Source: an uncultured Desulfatitalea sp.
GTDB taxonomy: Bacteria > Desulfobacterota > Desulfobacteria > Desulfobacterales > Desulfosarcinaceae
DNA length: 64,000 nt
Assembly: GCA_963668675.2 (NCBI GenBank)
Contig: CAXXMB010000002.1
Coordinates: 2,720,001 to 2,784,000, forward strand
Direction: 5' to 3'
In this document: positions 39,924-49,803 of the stretch, piece after piece
Layout: every line of letters begins with the position of its first letter
Position numbering within the stretch: the first letter of the stretch is position 1
Made by a program: the position numbers and the translations under genes
Notes under the pieces: model-generated
The model's input: only the letters and a program-made list of their open reading frames with translations
What the model was told of the DNA's origin: nothing
Database searches by the model: none

Positions 39924-40706
39924 CTATCTGAAATGCCGACTTCTTGCTTCGGATTGCAGGCGCGCAAAATTGCCGCCCACAACAGCGTTTTCTATGTCTC
40001 GATCGAGGCCCATGCCGCAAACTTTGTGCAACTCTTCCGCGGGGTGACCGAAGGGAAAGTCTGAGCCGAAAAGCAGTCTTTCATGGCCGTAATGCAGGAG
40101 GTATTCACGTATCTCTTCACGGGATGCCAGCGCCGTGTCGGCCCAAACATTCTCCATTTCCCAAAGACCCGCTGAGGCGATGGCGCTGAAACCACCGTTT
40201 AAACCTCCCAGGTGCGGAATGATCACCCTGATCCCCCGTGCCATTTCGTGGATGAAGTGCACCGTGTGATCAAACTCTTCTTCGAGTACGATCGGCAGGT
40301 TGCGCCGCCGGATTTTGTCAAGAGCGTGACGGCATCGAGGTTCGTCATAGTGGTAAAGTGGTTCGCTGGCATGCCGGTGCCATTTGATGCCGCGATGTGC
40401 AGATGTCAGCTGTTCGACCGCAAAGTCGTTCCAAATGAAAAAGTAGGGGTAGACGGTCAGTCCGGAAGTCTTCAGGGAGAGCAGGTGGGCGTTGCTCTTT
40501 TGGCGGCGTTTTTGCCAGGAAGGTGTGTCAACGAAGTTGCGGTCATAGCGGTCGTAGATCTCGTAAACCGGAGAGAAAAAGGCCACGCCTTCTATTTCCG
40601 TGCCCTTAATATGCCTAGCGTAATCATCTACGGATTGTGGCCAACTGTCGTCAAGGATGCCGCAATGGGCGTGGGCGTCGATAATGGTCACAGAAGATGT
40701 CGCCAT
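39924..40706 (-). CDS. Amidohydrolase family protein
   Basis: IIDAHAH, GIKWH, IIPHLG, WADTA and LLFGSDFP. Confidence 0.9.
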   Translation of the reverse strand: MATSSVTIIDAHAHCGILDDSWPQSVDDYARHIKGTEIEGVAFFSPVYEIYDRYDRNFVDTPSWQKRRQKSNAHLLSLKTSGLTVYPYFFIWNDFAVEQLTSAHRGIKWHRHASEPLYHYDEPRCRHALDKIRRRNLPIVLEEEFDHTVHFIHEMARGIRVIIPHLGGLNGGFSAIASAGLWEMENVWADTALASREEIREYLLHYGHERLLFGSDFPFGHPAEELHKVCGMGLDRDIENAVVGGNFARLQSEARSRHFR

Positions 40707-40746
40707 TGTTATTCAACTTCCCCTTTTTTCAGGAAATCGACCTGAT

Positions 40747-42654
40747 TTAAACAGTTCCTTCCTTTGCTATTATTTTTTTAGCCCACAGGTCCGGTGCCGT
40801 TTTGAACACCCAACGACGTTGAAGATCCAGTTTGGCGAATGCAATATGGGGCAGGTCGTCTGCCGAAGATGCGAAACGGTCTTGCCACTCGATGAGTGCT
40901 GGTGCGGGCAAGGACGAATCTATGAGCACTCCGTCAAGATGGAACAGGTCGTTCAACTCCTGCCGTACGGGCGGGATCGCTTTACTCCACCAAAAGACTT
41001 GTCGCTCCATCTCTCCGCTGTGTTGCCGTCGGGGCTCCTGGTTGACGATAGTGAAGATCACGGCCCGATTGCCGGGCTTTTCATAAAGAAAGCGTTCTTC
41101 GAGATCAAGGAAATGGGGTCGTTTGAGGTGTACGGCCGAAAGTAATTTTTTACGGTCGGGCCTTCGTCCGGGTGAGAGAAAGATCATTTCAAAGGGCGTA
41201 AAGGGATTGGCGGCAGTGAGCGTCGAAAGTATGTGGCACAGCGTCTCCTCATCGGAAAAGTTCGGATCGACAAAGAGCTGGTAGGGGTAGCTCAAACGTT
41301 TCGAGATCGATTCTATTGCTTCGGCCGGACGAGGCGACTTGAGATAGAGCTTGGTGAAGAGCGTCCGGTTGCCGATGCGGGCGGTTACATCGTCGGTTCG
41401 GCGTTTTTCCGAGCTGCGCCAGGCGATGTTCAGGTCGGGGAAGGGGTAGAACGCGGCATCGAAGCTCGTTTCGGCATACTTGATGGCCTGCTGCATTTCG
41501 CTGCTGGAAAAGGCGGGAGTTTCCAGCACCGTGTAGGGCGGTTCGGGCGTAAAAATCAGTCCGAGTGCTTTGCTCTTTCTGCGGAAATCGGTTCCGGGCA
41601 GCACAGAGAGGGGGAAGATCTGGACATCGTCGGCCAGGCCGTTTTCCGCAAGAAAGTCGACCGACCGTTTGAAGCCGGCCAGGTCGTCTCCGGGCAACCC
41701 CAGAATCAGGTCGATCTGGGGGCGGATCCCCCGTTCCTTGAGCAGGTGCGCGCCCTGGGCGAGCCGCTTGAGATCGGTGCGGCGATTCATCAGTTCGAGG
41801 GCCCTGGGATTGGTGGACTGCAGCCCGATTTCGAGCCAGCGGAAACCGACATCCTGAAAACGATCGGCCAGGGGAGCGTCGATCGATTCGGCCCGGATTT
41901 CACTCACAAAGCCGATTAGATGATCCCGGTTGCGCGCTGCCAGCTCCGCCAGAAAGGCCTGCAGGCGGGGTCGTGCGCTCAGGCATGGGTCCAGCAGATA
42001 GATCTCTCCGACGCACCGTTCCCGTGCCCAGTCAATTGCATCGAAGACAAGCGTTTCCGAGGCAAAGCTCAGCCCCTGGCGTGACTTGTTGTAGTGGCAG
42101 TAGCCGCAGTGATAGGGGCAGCCACGCTGTGTCTCCAGGAGCATGATATTGCCCGGGCCCGGGTCGAGCCATCCGGAGAGATAGGGGCTGACGTTCGATT
42201 CGAAAATGCCATCGACCGCAGCGGACGCTGAGCCGCGCTTCCAGAACCCCGGCTCGCAATGCAGTCTTTGAAAAACGGCCTCGCCCTCCCCGTAGACCAG
42301 AAAATCAGCGGGTGATCCGGTGAGCCGTGGATTGTCGGGTGTGATTTCGGGGCCGCCGAATATGATGCGCACGTCGCCAAGCTGCTTGATTCTCCCGGCA
42401 ATATACAGCGAGCGGTCCAGGTTCCAGCAATAGACGGTAAATCCTACGATAGTGGGGCGCAGGGCAATGATCCGGTCCATCAGGGCGGCGTCACCCAAAT
42501 AGGAGACTTCACTCTCGGGAAGGATAGTGACTTGGCTGTCGGCCGATGGTGCGGCCGATTGGGCCAGCCAGGCGGCGGCCAGGGGCACATTTCCGGTTTG
42601 TCGGCCAAAATTGGTTTGCGGCACCGGCAATTGAATCAATAGGGTGTTGTTCAT
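40747..42654 (-). CDS. B12-binding-domain radical SAM protein
   Basis: VGFTVYCWN, IIFGGPE, V.GEGE, ETQRGCPYHCGYC and EIGLQS. Confidence 0.92.
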   Translation of the reverse strand: MNNTLLIQLPVPQTNFGRQTGNVPLAAAWLAQSAAPSADSQVTILPESEVSYLGDAALMDRIIALRPTIVGFTVYCWNLDRSLYIAGRIKQLGDVRIIFGGPEITPDNPRLTGSPADFLVYGEGEAVFQRLHCEPGFWKRGSASAAVDGIFESNVSPYLSGWLDPGPGNIMLLETQRGCPYHCGYCHYNKSRQGLSFASETLVFDAIDWARERCVGEIYLLDPCLSARPRLQAFLAELAARNRDHLIGFVSEIRAESIDAPLADRFQDVGFRWLEIGLQSTNPRALELMNRRTDLKRLAQGAHLLKERGIRPQIDLILGLPGDDLAGFKRSVDFLAENGLADDVQIFPLSVLPGTDFRRKSKALGLIFTPEPPYTVLETPAFSSSEMQQAIKYAETSFDAAFYPFPDLNIAWRSSEKRRTDDVTARIGNRTLFTKLYLKSPRPAEAIESISKRLSYPYQLFVDPNFSDEETLCHILSTLTAANPFTPFEMIFLSPGRRPDRKKLLSAVHLKRPHFLDLEERFLYEKPGNRAVIFTIVNQEPRRQHSGEMERQVFWWSKAIPPVRQELNDLFHLDGVLIDSSLPAPALIEWQDRFASSADDLPHIAFAKLDLQRRWVFKTAPDLWAKKIIAKEGTV

Positions 42655-42673
42655 GGGGCCCGAGATTCCTGTT

Positions 42674-43417
42674 CTAATACTTTTTCCCAGCCCCATCCAC
42701 CATGGGAACGAAACGCACATCCTCAATCCTCTCTTCGATAATGTGCCCCTCTTTTTTGGTCAGTCGCACCAACTTTTGGTAGAAGAGGTTGCCTATCGGA
42801 ATGACCAGGCGGCCGCCTTCTGCCAACTGGTCGGTGAGCGGCTTGGGAATTCCGGACGGCGAGCAGGTGACGATGATGCCGTCAAACGGCGCCATTTCCG
42901 GCCATCCTCGGTATCCATCGCCGATTCTAACGTGCACCTGTTTGTATCCCATGGAGTCCAATACCTCTTCGGCCTGCTTGCCCAGGTCCGGTATGATCTC
43001 GATCGAGTAGACCACCACCCCCATTTCGGCCAGCACCGCCGCCTGGTATCCCGAGCCGGTGCCGATCTCAAGGACCCGCTGGCCCGGCCGCACCTTGAGC
43101 ACCTCCGACATCAAGGCAACGATGTAGGGCTGGGAGATGGTCTGATCGTGCCCGATGGGCAGGGGTTGGTCGTCATAGGCCTTGGATTGCAGCGCTTCAG
43201 GGACGAAGCGATGCCTCGGTACGCTGCGCATGGCCCGCAGGACGGCTTCATCCTCGATGCCGCGTTTTGCGAGCTGCCGCGTCACCATCTCGCGGCGTTC
43301 GTCAGCCCTGTCGTCCGGGCGCTCTGCGGCTGGACAGTCGCCAATGGTTATCTGAAGTAAAAGGGGCAGTATCGTAAAGAGAGAAAGGCGTGCCAGGAGA
43401 CAATGATAGGTCGGCAT
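42674..43417 (-). CDS. pcm: Protein-L-isoaspartate O-methyltransferase
   Basis: VPRHRFVP, QTISQPYIVA, VLEIGTGSGYQAAVL, GDGYRGWPE.APFD and VRFVPM. Confidence 0.95.
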   Translation of the reverse strand: MPTYHCLLARLSLFTILPLLLQITIGDCPAAERPDDRADERREMVTRQLAKRGIEDEAVLRAMRSVPRHRFVPEALQSKAYDDQPLPIGHDQTISQPYIVALMSEVLKVRPGQRVLEIGTGSGYQAAVLAEMGVVVYSIEIIPDLGKQAEEVLDSMGYKQVHVRIGDGYRGWPEMAPFDGIIVTCSPSGIPKPLTDQLAEGGRLVIPIGNLFYQKLVRLTKKEGHIIEERIEDVRFVPMVDGAGKKY

Positions 43418-43672
43418 GGTCTATCCTCCTGTTGTTGGTCCTCCTGTTCTTATAGAGCACCCGCTTTTACGCGATTTAACTTTTTTGTTGCAACGGTCCC
43501 TCATCTCCTGATCGGCCGATCCATTGATCGGCGGTCCACACCCGAGCCTCCCGGTGCCCCAGGCAGTGGGCGTGGCGCATCACATAGCTTTGGATTCTAT
43601 TAATTTCGGATATCGAGTTTAATTGCATACGATCGACGGGATTTGTCAAGGGGAGGGATATACAGGTCGCCT

Positions 43673-43700
43673 GTAGGGGCACGACGCATCGTGCCCCTAC
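43673..43700. repeat. GTAG-family REP palindrome
   Basis: GTAGGGGCACGA-cgca-TCGTGCCCCTAC, a perfect 12-bp stem. Confidence 0.8.
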
Positions 43701-43730
43701 GAATATATTCGGGTTTTTTTGTGCATGCGA

Positions 43731-44468
43731 TCACTTCAGGGTAGCCGTCAGGTACTCGGAGAAACGCTGCCACGATTTTTGGTCCGCATCCTTTCGGTAG
43801 CGCTCACCGCCGAAAACGGTAAAGGCGTGGGGCGCTCCGCCGTAGGTGATCATCTCGTGAGCCACGCCGCTACTTTCCAACTCCTGGGCGAGTGCGGCGA
43901 AATGTTCCATGGTGATGGCCGTGTCGGCCGTGCCGTGCATGATCAGCAGGCTGCCTTTGGTTTTTGAGTAGTTCTGCCCCTCCGGGGTGCTCAAACCGCC
44001 GTGAAACGTGACAAAGCCTTTCAGGTCGGCGCCGGACCTGGCCAGCTCCAAAACCGCCGCACCGCCGAAGCAGTACCCCATGGCCACGGCATTGCCGCTG
44101 TTGCCCCCCTGAGCCTCGGCCGTTTTCAGAGCGCCATAGAGCAGGGCGCGCATTTTTTCCCGATCTTTGTAGAGTTCGCCGGTGTGCTGACGGCGGTCCT
44201 TCACCTCCTTCGGGCGGACCCCGGCCCCGAACAGATCGGCTGCAAACACGGCATACCCCATTTCGGCCAGCATTTCGGCCCGTTTGACCTCGTAATCGGT
44301 CAACCCGTCCCAGTCGTGAATCAGCAACACCAGCGGTGCATTTTTCGAAGGGCTGACATAGTAGCCCTCGTAAGGCGCCCCATTCACCTGGTAAGTTATT
44401 GACTTGCCGGCTGCGCCGGCCATAGACGTCATCATCATGATTGAAATAAGAGCGATCAATCCTTTCAT
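43731..44468 (-). CDS. Dienelactone hydrolase family protein (exported)
   Basis: HDWDG, GYCFGG, HGTAD and HAFT, plus a signal peptide. Confidence 0.93.
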   Translation of the reverse strand: MKGLIALISIMMMTSMAGAAGKSITYQVNGAPYEGYYVSPSKNAPLVLLIHDWDGLTDYEVKRAEMLAEMGYAVFAADLFGAGVRPKEVKDRRQHTGELYKDREKMRALLYGALKTAEAQGGNSGNAVAMGYCFGGAAVLELARSGADLKGFVTFHGGLSTPEGQNYSKTKGSLLIMHGTADTAITMEHFAALAQELESSGVAHEMITYGGAPHAFTVFGGERYRKDADQKSWQRFSEYLTATLK

Positions 44469-44639
44469 AGGATGCCTCCTTGTGGCTTTGAATTGATGAA
44501 TGTCATTTCAGCGGGCTGTGAGAGAAGAGCGGGGAGTACCGATAACCGATGGGGCGTGATTGCCGCTGGAATGACCGGAAGGTATAGGCCCTAATTTAGG
44601 CACGGTTCGCAAAAAAGCAAAACGCTTCAGGCGTAGCCT

Positions 44640-44978
44640 TTAATAATCCTCGAAAGGCTGCAGTCCATAAGCGGATCTGGCTTGGGCACAGGCGCTGTTA
44701 TGGCAATGAATGTCCCAACCGGGGAGAAAATTTTTGCATGTGGAGGGCCTGCAGAGGTAAATCGAGCAGTTGACATTTTGGCCGATGGTTCCGACCAGAG
44801 CGGTACACCGTTTGAAAAATCCGTTGGTTCCTTTCATGGCACTTCGCGATTTGTTGATGTGTACCACCAAGGCAAGCGGTACAAGGCCCCCTTCATGGTC
44901 ATCCACCTCAGTGGATAGAAAAGCGACCTTGTAAAAGGCACAACAAGCTCCGCAGCTTTGGCATCGATTTGTATTCAA
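44640..44978 (-). CDS. YkgJ family cysteine-cluster protein
   Basis: CQSCGACC...RCTAL.G...CSIY..RPSTC..F...C..AR...GL. Confidence 0.9.
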   Translation of the reverse strand: MNTNRCQSCGACCAFYKVAFLSTEVDDHEGGLVPLALVVHINKSRSAMKGTNGFFKRCTALVGTIGQNVNCSIYLCRPSTCKNFLPGWDIHCHNSACAQARSAYGLQPFEDY

Positions 44979-45091
44979 TATATGTGGCCAGTCCCTGGCT
45001 GGTTACTATAAGTAGCACCTTTCCTTAGAAATAGGGAGCGATAAATGGATTGGCGGGAAAGATCGAAAAGAGACGCAACACCGAGGCAAGC

Positions 45092-46429
45092 TTAAGATAG
45101 GTCTCTCTCAAACGTGTCCCTTTCCATCCGGTGGGATAAATTCAGGATGTCTGTCCCAGAGGGGTATTGGAAGATCTTCAGATCGAACTCGCCGACAATG
45201 GAGAGGAGGTGGTCGAAGATGTCGGATTGGACGGCTTCGTAGTTGACCCAGGCCTTGTCTTTGCAGAAGGCGTAAACCTCCAGCGGTAAACCTTGCGCGG
45301 TCGGTGCCAACTGCCGCACCATCAGGATCAGCTCCGTATTGATCATGGGGTGGCTGCGCAGGTAGGCTGCCGCATAGGCCCTGAAGGTGCCGATGTTGGT
45401 CAGGCGCCGGGTGTTGGCGGAATCCTGCGACTGTCCGCCCAGCTCGCTGTTGTGCCGCGCAACCTCCTGATGCTTTTGCTGCATGTATTCGGAGATGTGG
45501 CGGATACCGGCATAGCGTGTCAGCATCTCCGGTGTGCAGAATTTGATGGAATTCATATCGATAAAGATGGCCCGTTTGATGCGTCTGCCCTTGGACTCCT
45601 GCATTCCGCGCCAGTTCTTGAACGAGTCGTTGATCAGGGCATAGGTTGGAATGGTGGTGATGGTATTGTCCCAGTTGGCCACCTTGACGGTCGTCAGGGT
45701 GATGTCCATCACGTCGCCGTCGGCCCCATATTTGGGCATTTCGATCCAGTCGCCGTTTTTCAGCATGCGGTTGGAGATCAGCTGAATGCCGGCCACGAAC
45801 CCCAGTATGGGATCTTTGAAGATCAGCATCAAGACAGCTGTGAGTGCCCCCAAGCCGCTGAGCAGGTAGATCGGGGAGCGGTCGAGCACCACGGCGACGG
45901 CCATGATCAGCGCGGTGCAGTAGAGGATGATTTTGAGCACCTGGGCGAAGCCCTTGAGCGGGATCTCCCGGGAGACGCGCAAGGTCTGGTAGATGTCGTG
46001 CAGAGAGTTGATCAGGGCGTCCACCACCAGCGCACCAACGACGATAAAGTAGATATTGAGAACGCCCGCAGCCGTGGCAATGGCATGGTCGTAACCTTTG
46101 AGCACCATGGGAAGAAAAAGGTGGATGATGAGCGCCGGTACGATCAAGGTGAGGCGCATGAAGAGCTGGTTTTCCTGCAGCCGGTTGTCCCAGGCCATCT
46201 TCGTACGTTCGATCAGGCGGTGCACGATACTGCGCGCGATACGGCGGCTGATTTGAAATGCAATAGAGGCGATCAGCAGCACAGCCGCTGCCAGGATGGC
46301 CCTGGCCAGGATCGTACTGGACTCAGTGCCCAGGTTGAAGGCTGATAGCCAAGATTCAATCCATTGGGAAAGGCTCATGATAACCTCTTCTTTTTCGGTC
46401 GTCATCTCTACCACTGCTTGTTCAGACAA
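45092..46429 (-). CDS. Mechanosensitive channel, MscS family (YbdG-like)
   Basis: GLGALTAVLMLIFKDPILG.VAGIQ, GDWIEMPKYGADGDV and FKNWRGM.ES.GRRIKR. Confidence 0.94.
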   Translation of the reverse strand: MSEQAVVEMTTEKEEVIMSLSQWIESWLSAFNLGTESSTILARAILAAAVLLIASIAFQISRRIARSIVHRLIERTKMAWDNRLQENQLFMRLTLIVPALIIHLFLPMVLKGYDHAIATAAGVLNIYFIVVGALVVDALINSLHDIYQTLRVSREIPLKGFAQVLKIILYCTALIMAVAVVLDRSPIYLLSGLGALTAVLMLIFKDPILGFVAGIQLISNRMLKNGDWIEMPKYGADGDVMDITLTTVKVANWDNTITTIPTYALINDSFKNWRGMQESKGRRIKRAIFIDMNSIKFCTPEMLTRYAGIRHISEYMQQKHQEVARHNSELGGQSQDSANTRRLTNIGTFRAYAAAYLRSHPMINTELILMVRQLAPTAQGLPLEVYAFCKDKAWVNYEAVQSDIFDHLLSIVGEFDLKIFQYPSGTDILNLSHRMERDTFERDLS

Positions 46430-47264
46430 GATAGAAATGCGATCTCTCCCGATCGCTCTCTCTTAACACCACCCCATCCTTCTCCAGTTTCTCCAGGTGT
46501 GCCAGAACGGTCCTTTCAGCCCTTGGCTGCAGATCATGGCCATGCATCTGGAAATCCTCTTCGTTGTAGATCGCCTTTGTGATTTTTGGAATCGTTGATA
46601 GACCGCTATGCAGCGCTTCGAGCACGCGCGTCTCCCGCATCAGGCGATGGTCGATGTACCAACGGATGCGATCGGGTGCGCGCTTGTCGATCACCGGGCC
46701 GTGGGAAGGACAGATGATTCTGACATCCATTTCGGCCAGTCGATTCAGTGTGTTCAGGTAGTCTGCCATATCTCCCTCCGGCGGCGATATGATCGAGGTG
46801 CCATATCCCAGAATCGTATCGCCTGAGAAGAGCATCCCTTTCTCCTGGATATAGAAGCAGAGGTGCGCTGGGGAGTGGCCCGGTGTGTCCAACACCTGGA
46901 TGATGTGCTCGGATGTTTCGATCACCTCTCCACCTGAAAAGCGGTCGATGAGATGGCCCTTGGACGTGCCGAAGGTCATTCGATTCCCATTGTTGCGATG
47001 GCACAAGATCCGGCCGTTGTATGTTTCCACAAGGGCTTCGATGCCGCCGTAGTGGTCCGGATGAGGGTGGGTAATGGCAGCGTAACGAATCAATCCGATA
47101 CCGCTCTCCTTTAAACAGATCTCAAGGCTGCCGCCGCTTTCAAAGATCGGGTCGATCAGGAGCGCTTCTTTGTCTCGGCCAATAACATAGCAATTCGTCG
47201 TATGGTGCGGAGGAAGGGTAAAGGTATGGACGGTCGCTTTATGGATGTGGCGACTCAATCTCAT
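46422..47264 (-). CDS. MBL-fold metallo-hydrolase with C-terminal wHTH (LACTB2-like)
   Basis: THPHPDHYGG, TPGHS, FSGD, PSHG and VLAHLEKL. Confidence 0.9.
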   Translation of the reverse strand: MRLSRHIHKATVHTFTLPPHHTTNCYVIGRDKEALLIDPIFESGGSLEICLKESGIGLIRYAAITHPHPDHYGGIEALVETYNGRILCHRNNGNRMTFGTSKGHLIDRFSGGEVIETSEHIIQVLDTPGHSPAHLCFYIQEKGMLFSGDTILGYGTSIISPPEGDMADYLNTLNRLAEMDVRIICPSHGPVIDKRAPDRIRWYIDHRLMRETRVLEALHSGLSTIPKITKAIYNEEDFQMHGHDLQPRAERTVLAHLEKLEKDGVVLRESDRERSHFYLV

Positions 47265-47267
47265 CTT

Positions 47268-48017
47268 CTACCGCCATGCAAACATCGGTTGTTCGAAGTG
47301 GGCCACCCTCGTCTCGTTTCCCAAAATGGCCACCTCTCTGAACTGGTACAGCAGAGCGGCTGTGGGGGAGGCGATCCAGCTGTTCCCGACGGGCATGTAG
47401 AGGATCGGGTGCGGACTGTGGGAAACCTCCTCCAGTATTGGAGCGTCCGGCCGCAGAAATTCCCGGATGGGAATCCGGTGAACGGATCGAACCTCCTCGG
47501 GATTGGGCATCAGTTGCGCTTCCAGCCCCCCCCATATCACGATGGGTGTCATAATGAACCCTGAACGGGTGGCAAAATCATCCAGGCGGCCCATAATTCG
47601 CTCTTGGGGCAACCTTAGCGCCACCTCCTCTTCTAGCTCTCTCAATGCGGTCTCCTCCGGCGTCTCCCCCTCTTCCAGCCGTCCACCGGGGATCGCCCAC
47701 TGGCCGGCATGGTGCTTCAGTCTGGAAGATCGTCGGGTCAAAATGAGCGCGGCGTCCATCTCCTGCACCGGATATGAGGAGATACCTCCCCCATGCGAAC
47801 TGCAATCGACATCCACCACTGTGAGCGCTACCGCCGCCCGCCTCATCTCGTCGCCGCGGTGCTCCTTGTGAACAAATGCTTGGAGATTGCTTTCGATATG
47901 GTCGCGCAGCTGCTCACCGCACAAAAATTGGGCGTTCCGATCCATGGATTCAATATGCCTGCTGTTTTGCTTCAACCTGCCGATGTCCGTTCTGTTGTGC
48001 CAAATTCGATGCGCCAA
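47268..48017 (-). CDS. CoA-pyrophosphatase-type NUDIX hydrolase (NudL-like)
   Basis: AAVAL, LTRRSSRLKHHAGQWAIPGG...ETALRELEEEV. The start may be downstream of 48017. Confidence 0.9.
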   Translation of the reverse strand: MAHRIWHNRTDIGRLKQNSRHIESMDRNAQFLCGEQLRDHIESNLQAFVHKEHRGDEMRRAAVALTVVDVDCSSHGGGISSYPVQEMDAALILTRRSSRLKHHAGQWAIPGGRLEEGETPEETALRELEEEVALRLPQERIMGRLDDFATRSGFIMTPIVIWGGLEAQLMPNPEEVRSVHRIPIREFLRPDAPILEEVSHSPHPILYMPVGNSWIASPTAALLYQFREVAILGNETRVAHFEQPMFAWR

Positions 48018-48433
48018 CTCCCATGATCCTCATTTGCTTCCCTGATGATGCCAAACCCTTAAAACATAACCATCCTGGATCCTATAGTCGAGGATATTCT
48101 TTTGGTCGGCCATCCCGAACCGGACGCCAGAATGGATTTTAAAGAAGCGCCTCGTACTGAGTCGAAGCTTTTTGCCTGTCGTTTTTCTGTCACCAAATAC
48201 TCAATTTTGTGAAAAAAAAGCCATAATTCAAGCCATGTTTCCCATTTTCCAGGGTTGTTTTTTGATTGGTATGCGATTAACCATTTGAAATTATATTCAA
48301 TGTGCAAATGGATGGATTTTTGGAATACTCTTTGCTTCCCCACTGAACTAATGGCCGCAGCGCCAGGCCGGTGAGCGAAGACGTTGAGCGGGTTTCGTTG
48401 GAGAAAAGATCGAATTGGAAAGGGATAGTAACG

Positions 48434-49768
48434 ATGACAGGGCGGATAGGATTTGTATCGACGCGATTTGCAGGAACGGACGGCGTCAGCTTGGAAGCGG
48501 CCAAATGGTCCCATGTGCTCGAAGAAGATGGATACCGCTGTTACTGGTTTGCAGGTGAACTGGACCGTGACGAGGCGAGCAGCTTCCTCACTCCCGAAGC
48601 GCATTTCAAGCATCCGCTGGTCAACCACATCTCTGAGAACATCTTCGGCCGCACCAGCCGTACGCCTGAGACTACGGAGATGATCCATGCCCTGCGCGCT
48701 GCTTTGAAAAAAGAGTTGTATCGATTCATCCGGCAATACGAGATCGAACTGCTCATCGTTCAAAATGCGCTCACCATCCCCATGAATCTGCCCTTGGGGC
48801 TGGCCCTGGCCGAGGTGATCTCCGAAACCCAGATGCCGATCATCGCTCATCACCACGACTTTTTCTGGGAACGCAAACGATTCAGCGTCAACGCAGTGGG
48901 CGAGTATCTGCCTATGGCGTTTCCCGCCGATTTGCCCAACATCCGCCATGTGGTGATCAATTCGCCGGCCCAGAGGGATCTGGCGCACCGCCGCGGCATA
49001 GCTGCGACCCTGATTCCCAACATGCTTGACTTCGAACAGCCACCCCGTATCGATCACGAGCAGGTCGCCCGCTTTCGCCATGCCATCGGTTTGGAACCCG
49101 GGGATCGGATGGTGTTGCAGCCGACCCGCTTGATCAAACGCAAAGGCATCGAGCATGTGATTGAACTGGTCAAGGCCATGGACCATCCGCGCTGCAAGTT
49201 AGTGATCTCCCATGAAGACGGCGACGAGGGGCAAGGCTACAGCGAATGGCTGCAGTCGGCAGCCCTTAACCATGGCGTCGATCTGCGGTTGGTGACGCAC
49301 AATGTGGTCAGCCCATGGAGTGAGGCTGCTGTCGTCAACGGGCAGTTTACATTGTGGACGGTTTACGCGGCTGCCGATCTGGTGACTTTCTGCAGCCTTT
49401 ACGAGGGGTTCGGCAATGGCCTGCTCGAAGCCGTTTACTTCAAAAAGCCGGTGGTGATCAATCGATATGAGATCTTCGTCAAAGATATAGAGCCGCTCGG
49501 TTTCGAGTTTATCACCATGGATGGCTACCTCACGCCGGATGTTGTCGGAGCGGCCCGGGACATCATCTCGGGTAATGGAGAAGTGGATGTGGCTGTAGAG
49601 AGAAATTACGAGATCGCAAAAACACACTTCTCCTACCAAGTTTTGCGTCGGCGCCTGCAATCCGTTCTCAGTGAGATGGGCAATGTCTCACCGTCGCAGA
49701 TGATCTCCCGTCCTCCCGGACGTCCGCTGCAGATTCTTGAGAAGATGCCCTTGCAGATGGCCGTCTGA
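48434..49768 (+). CDS. Glycosyltransferase family 4 (resembles the mannosylglucosylglycerate synthase group)
   Basis: STRFAGTDGVSLE..KW, HHHDFFWER, QPTR...RKGIE and YEGFGN.LLEA. Confidence 0.85.
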   Translation: MTGRIGFVSTRFAGTDGVSLEAAKWSHVLEEDGYRCYWFAGELDRDEASSFLTPEAHFKHPLVNHISENIFGRTSRTPETTEMIHALRAALKKELYRFIRQYEIELLIVQNALTIPMNLPLGLALAEVISETQMPIIAHHHDFFWERKRFSVNAVGEYLPMAFPADLPNIRHVVINSPAQRDLAHRRGIAATLIPNMLDFEQPPRIDHEQVARFRHAIGLEPGDRMVLQPTRLIKRKGIEHVIELVKAMDHPRCKLVISHEDGDEGQGYSEWLQSAALNHGVDLRLVTHNVVSPWSEAAVVNGQFTLWTVYAAADLVTFCSLYEGFGNGLLEAVYFKKPVVINRYEIFVKDIEPLGFEFITMDGYLTPDVVGAARDIISGNGEVDVAVERNYEIAKTHFSYQVLRRRLQSVLSEMGNVSPSQMISRPPGRPLQILEKMPLQMAV

Positions 49769-49803
49769 AGTGCGCCGCAGATGACGTCTATTCGAAACGA
49801 ACG

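Noticed and set aside
43420..43650. Possible riboswitch (ZTP-like words) in the pcm leader
   Set aside because: The conserved elements are not in the right order and I could not build the fold.
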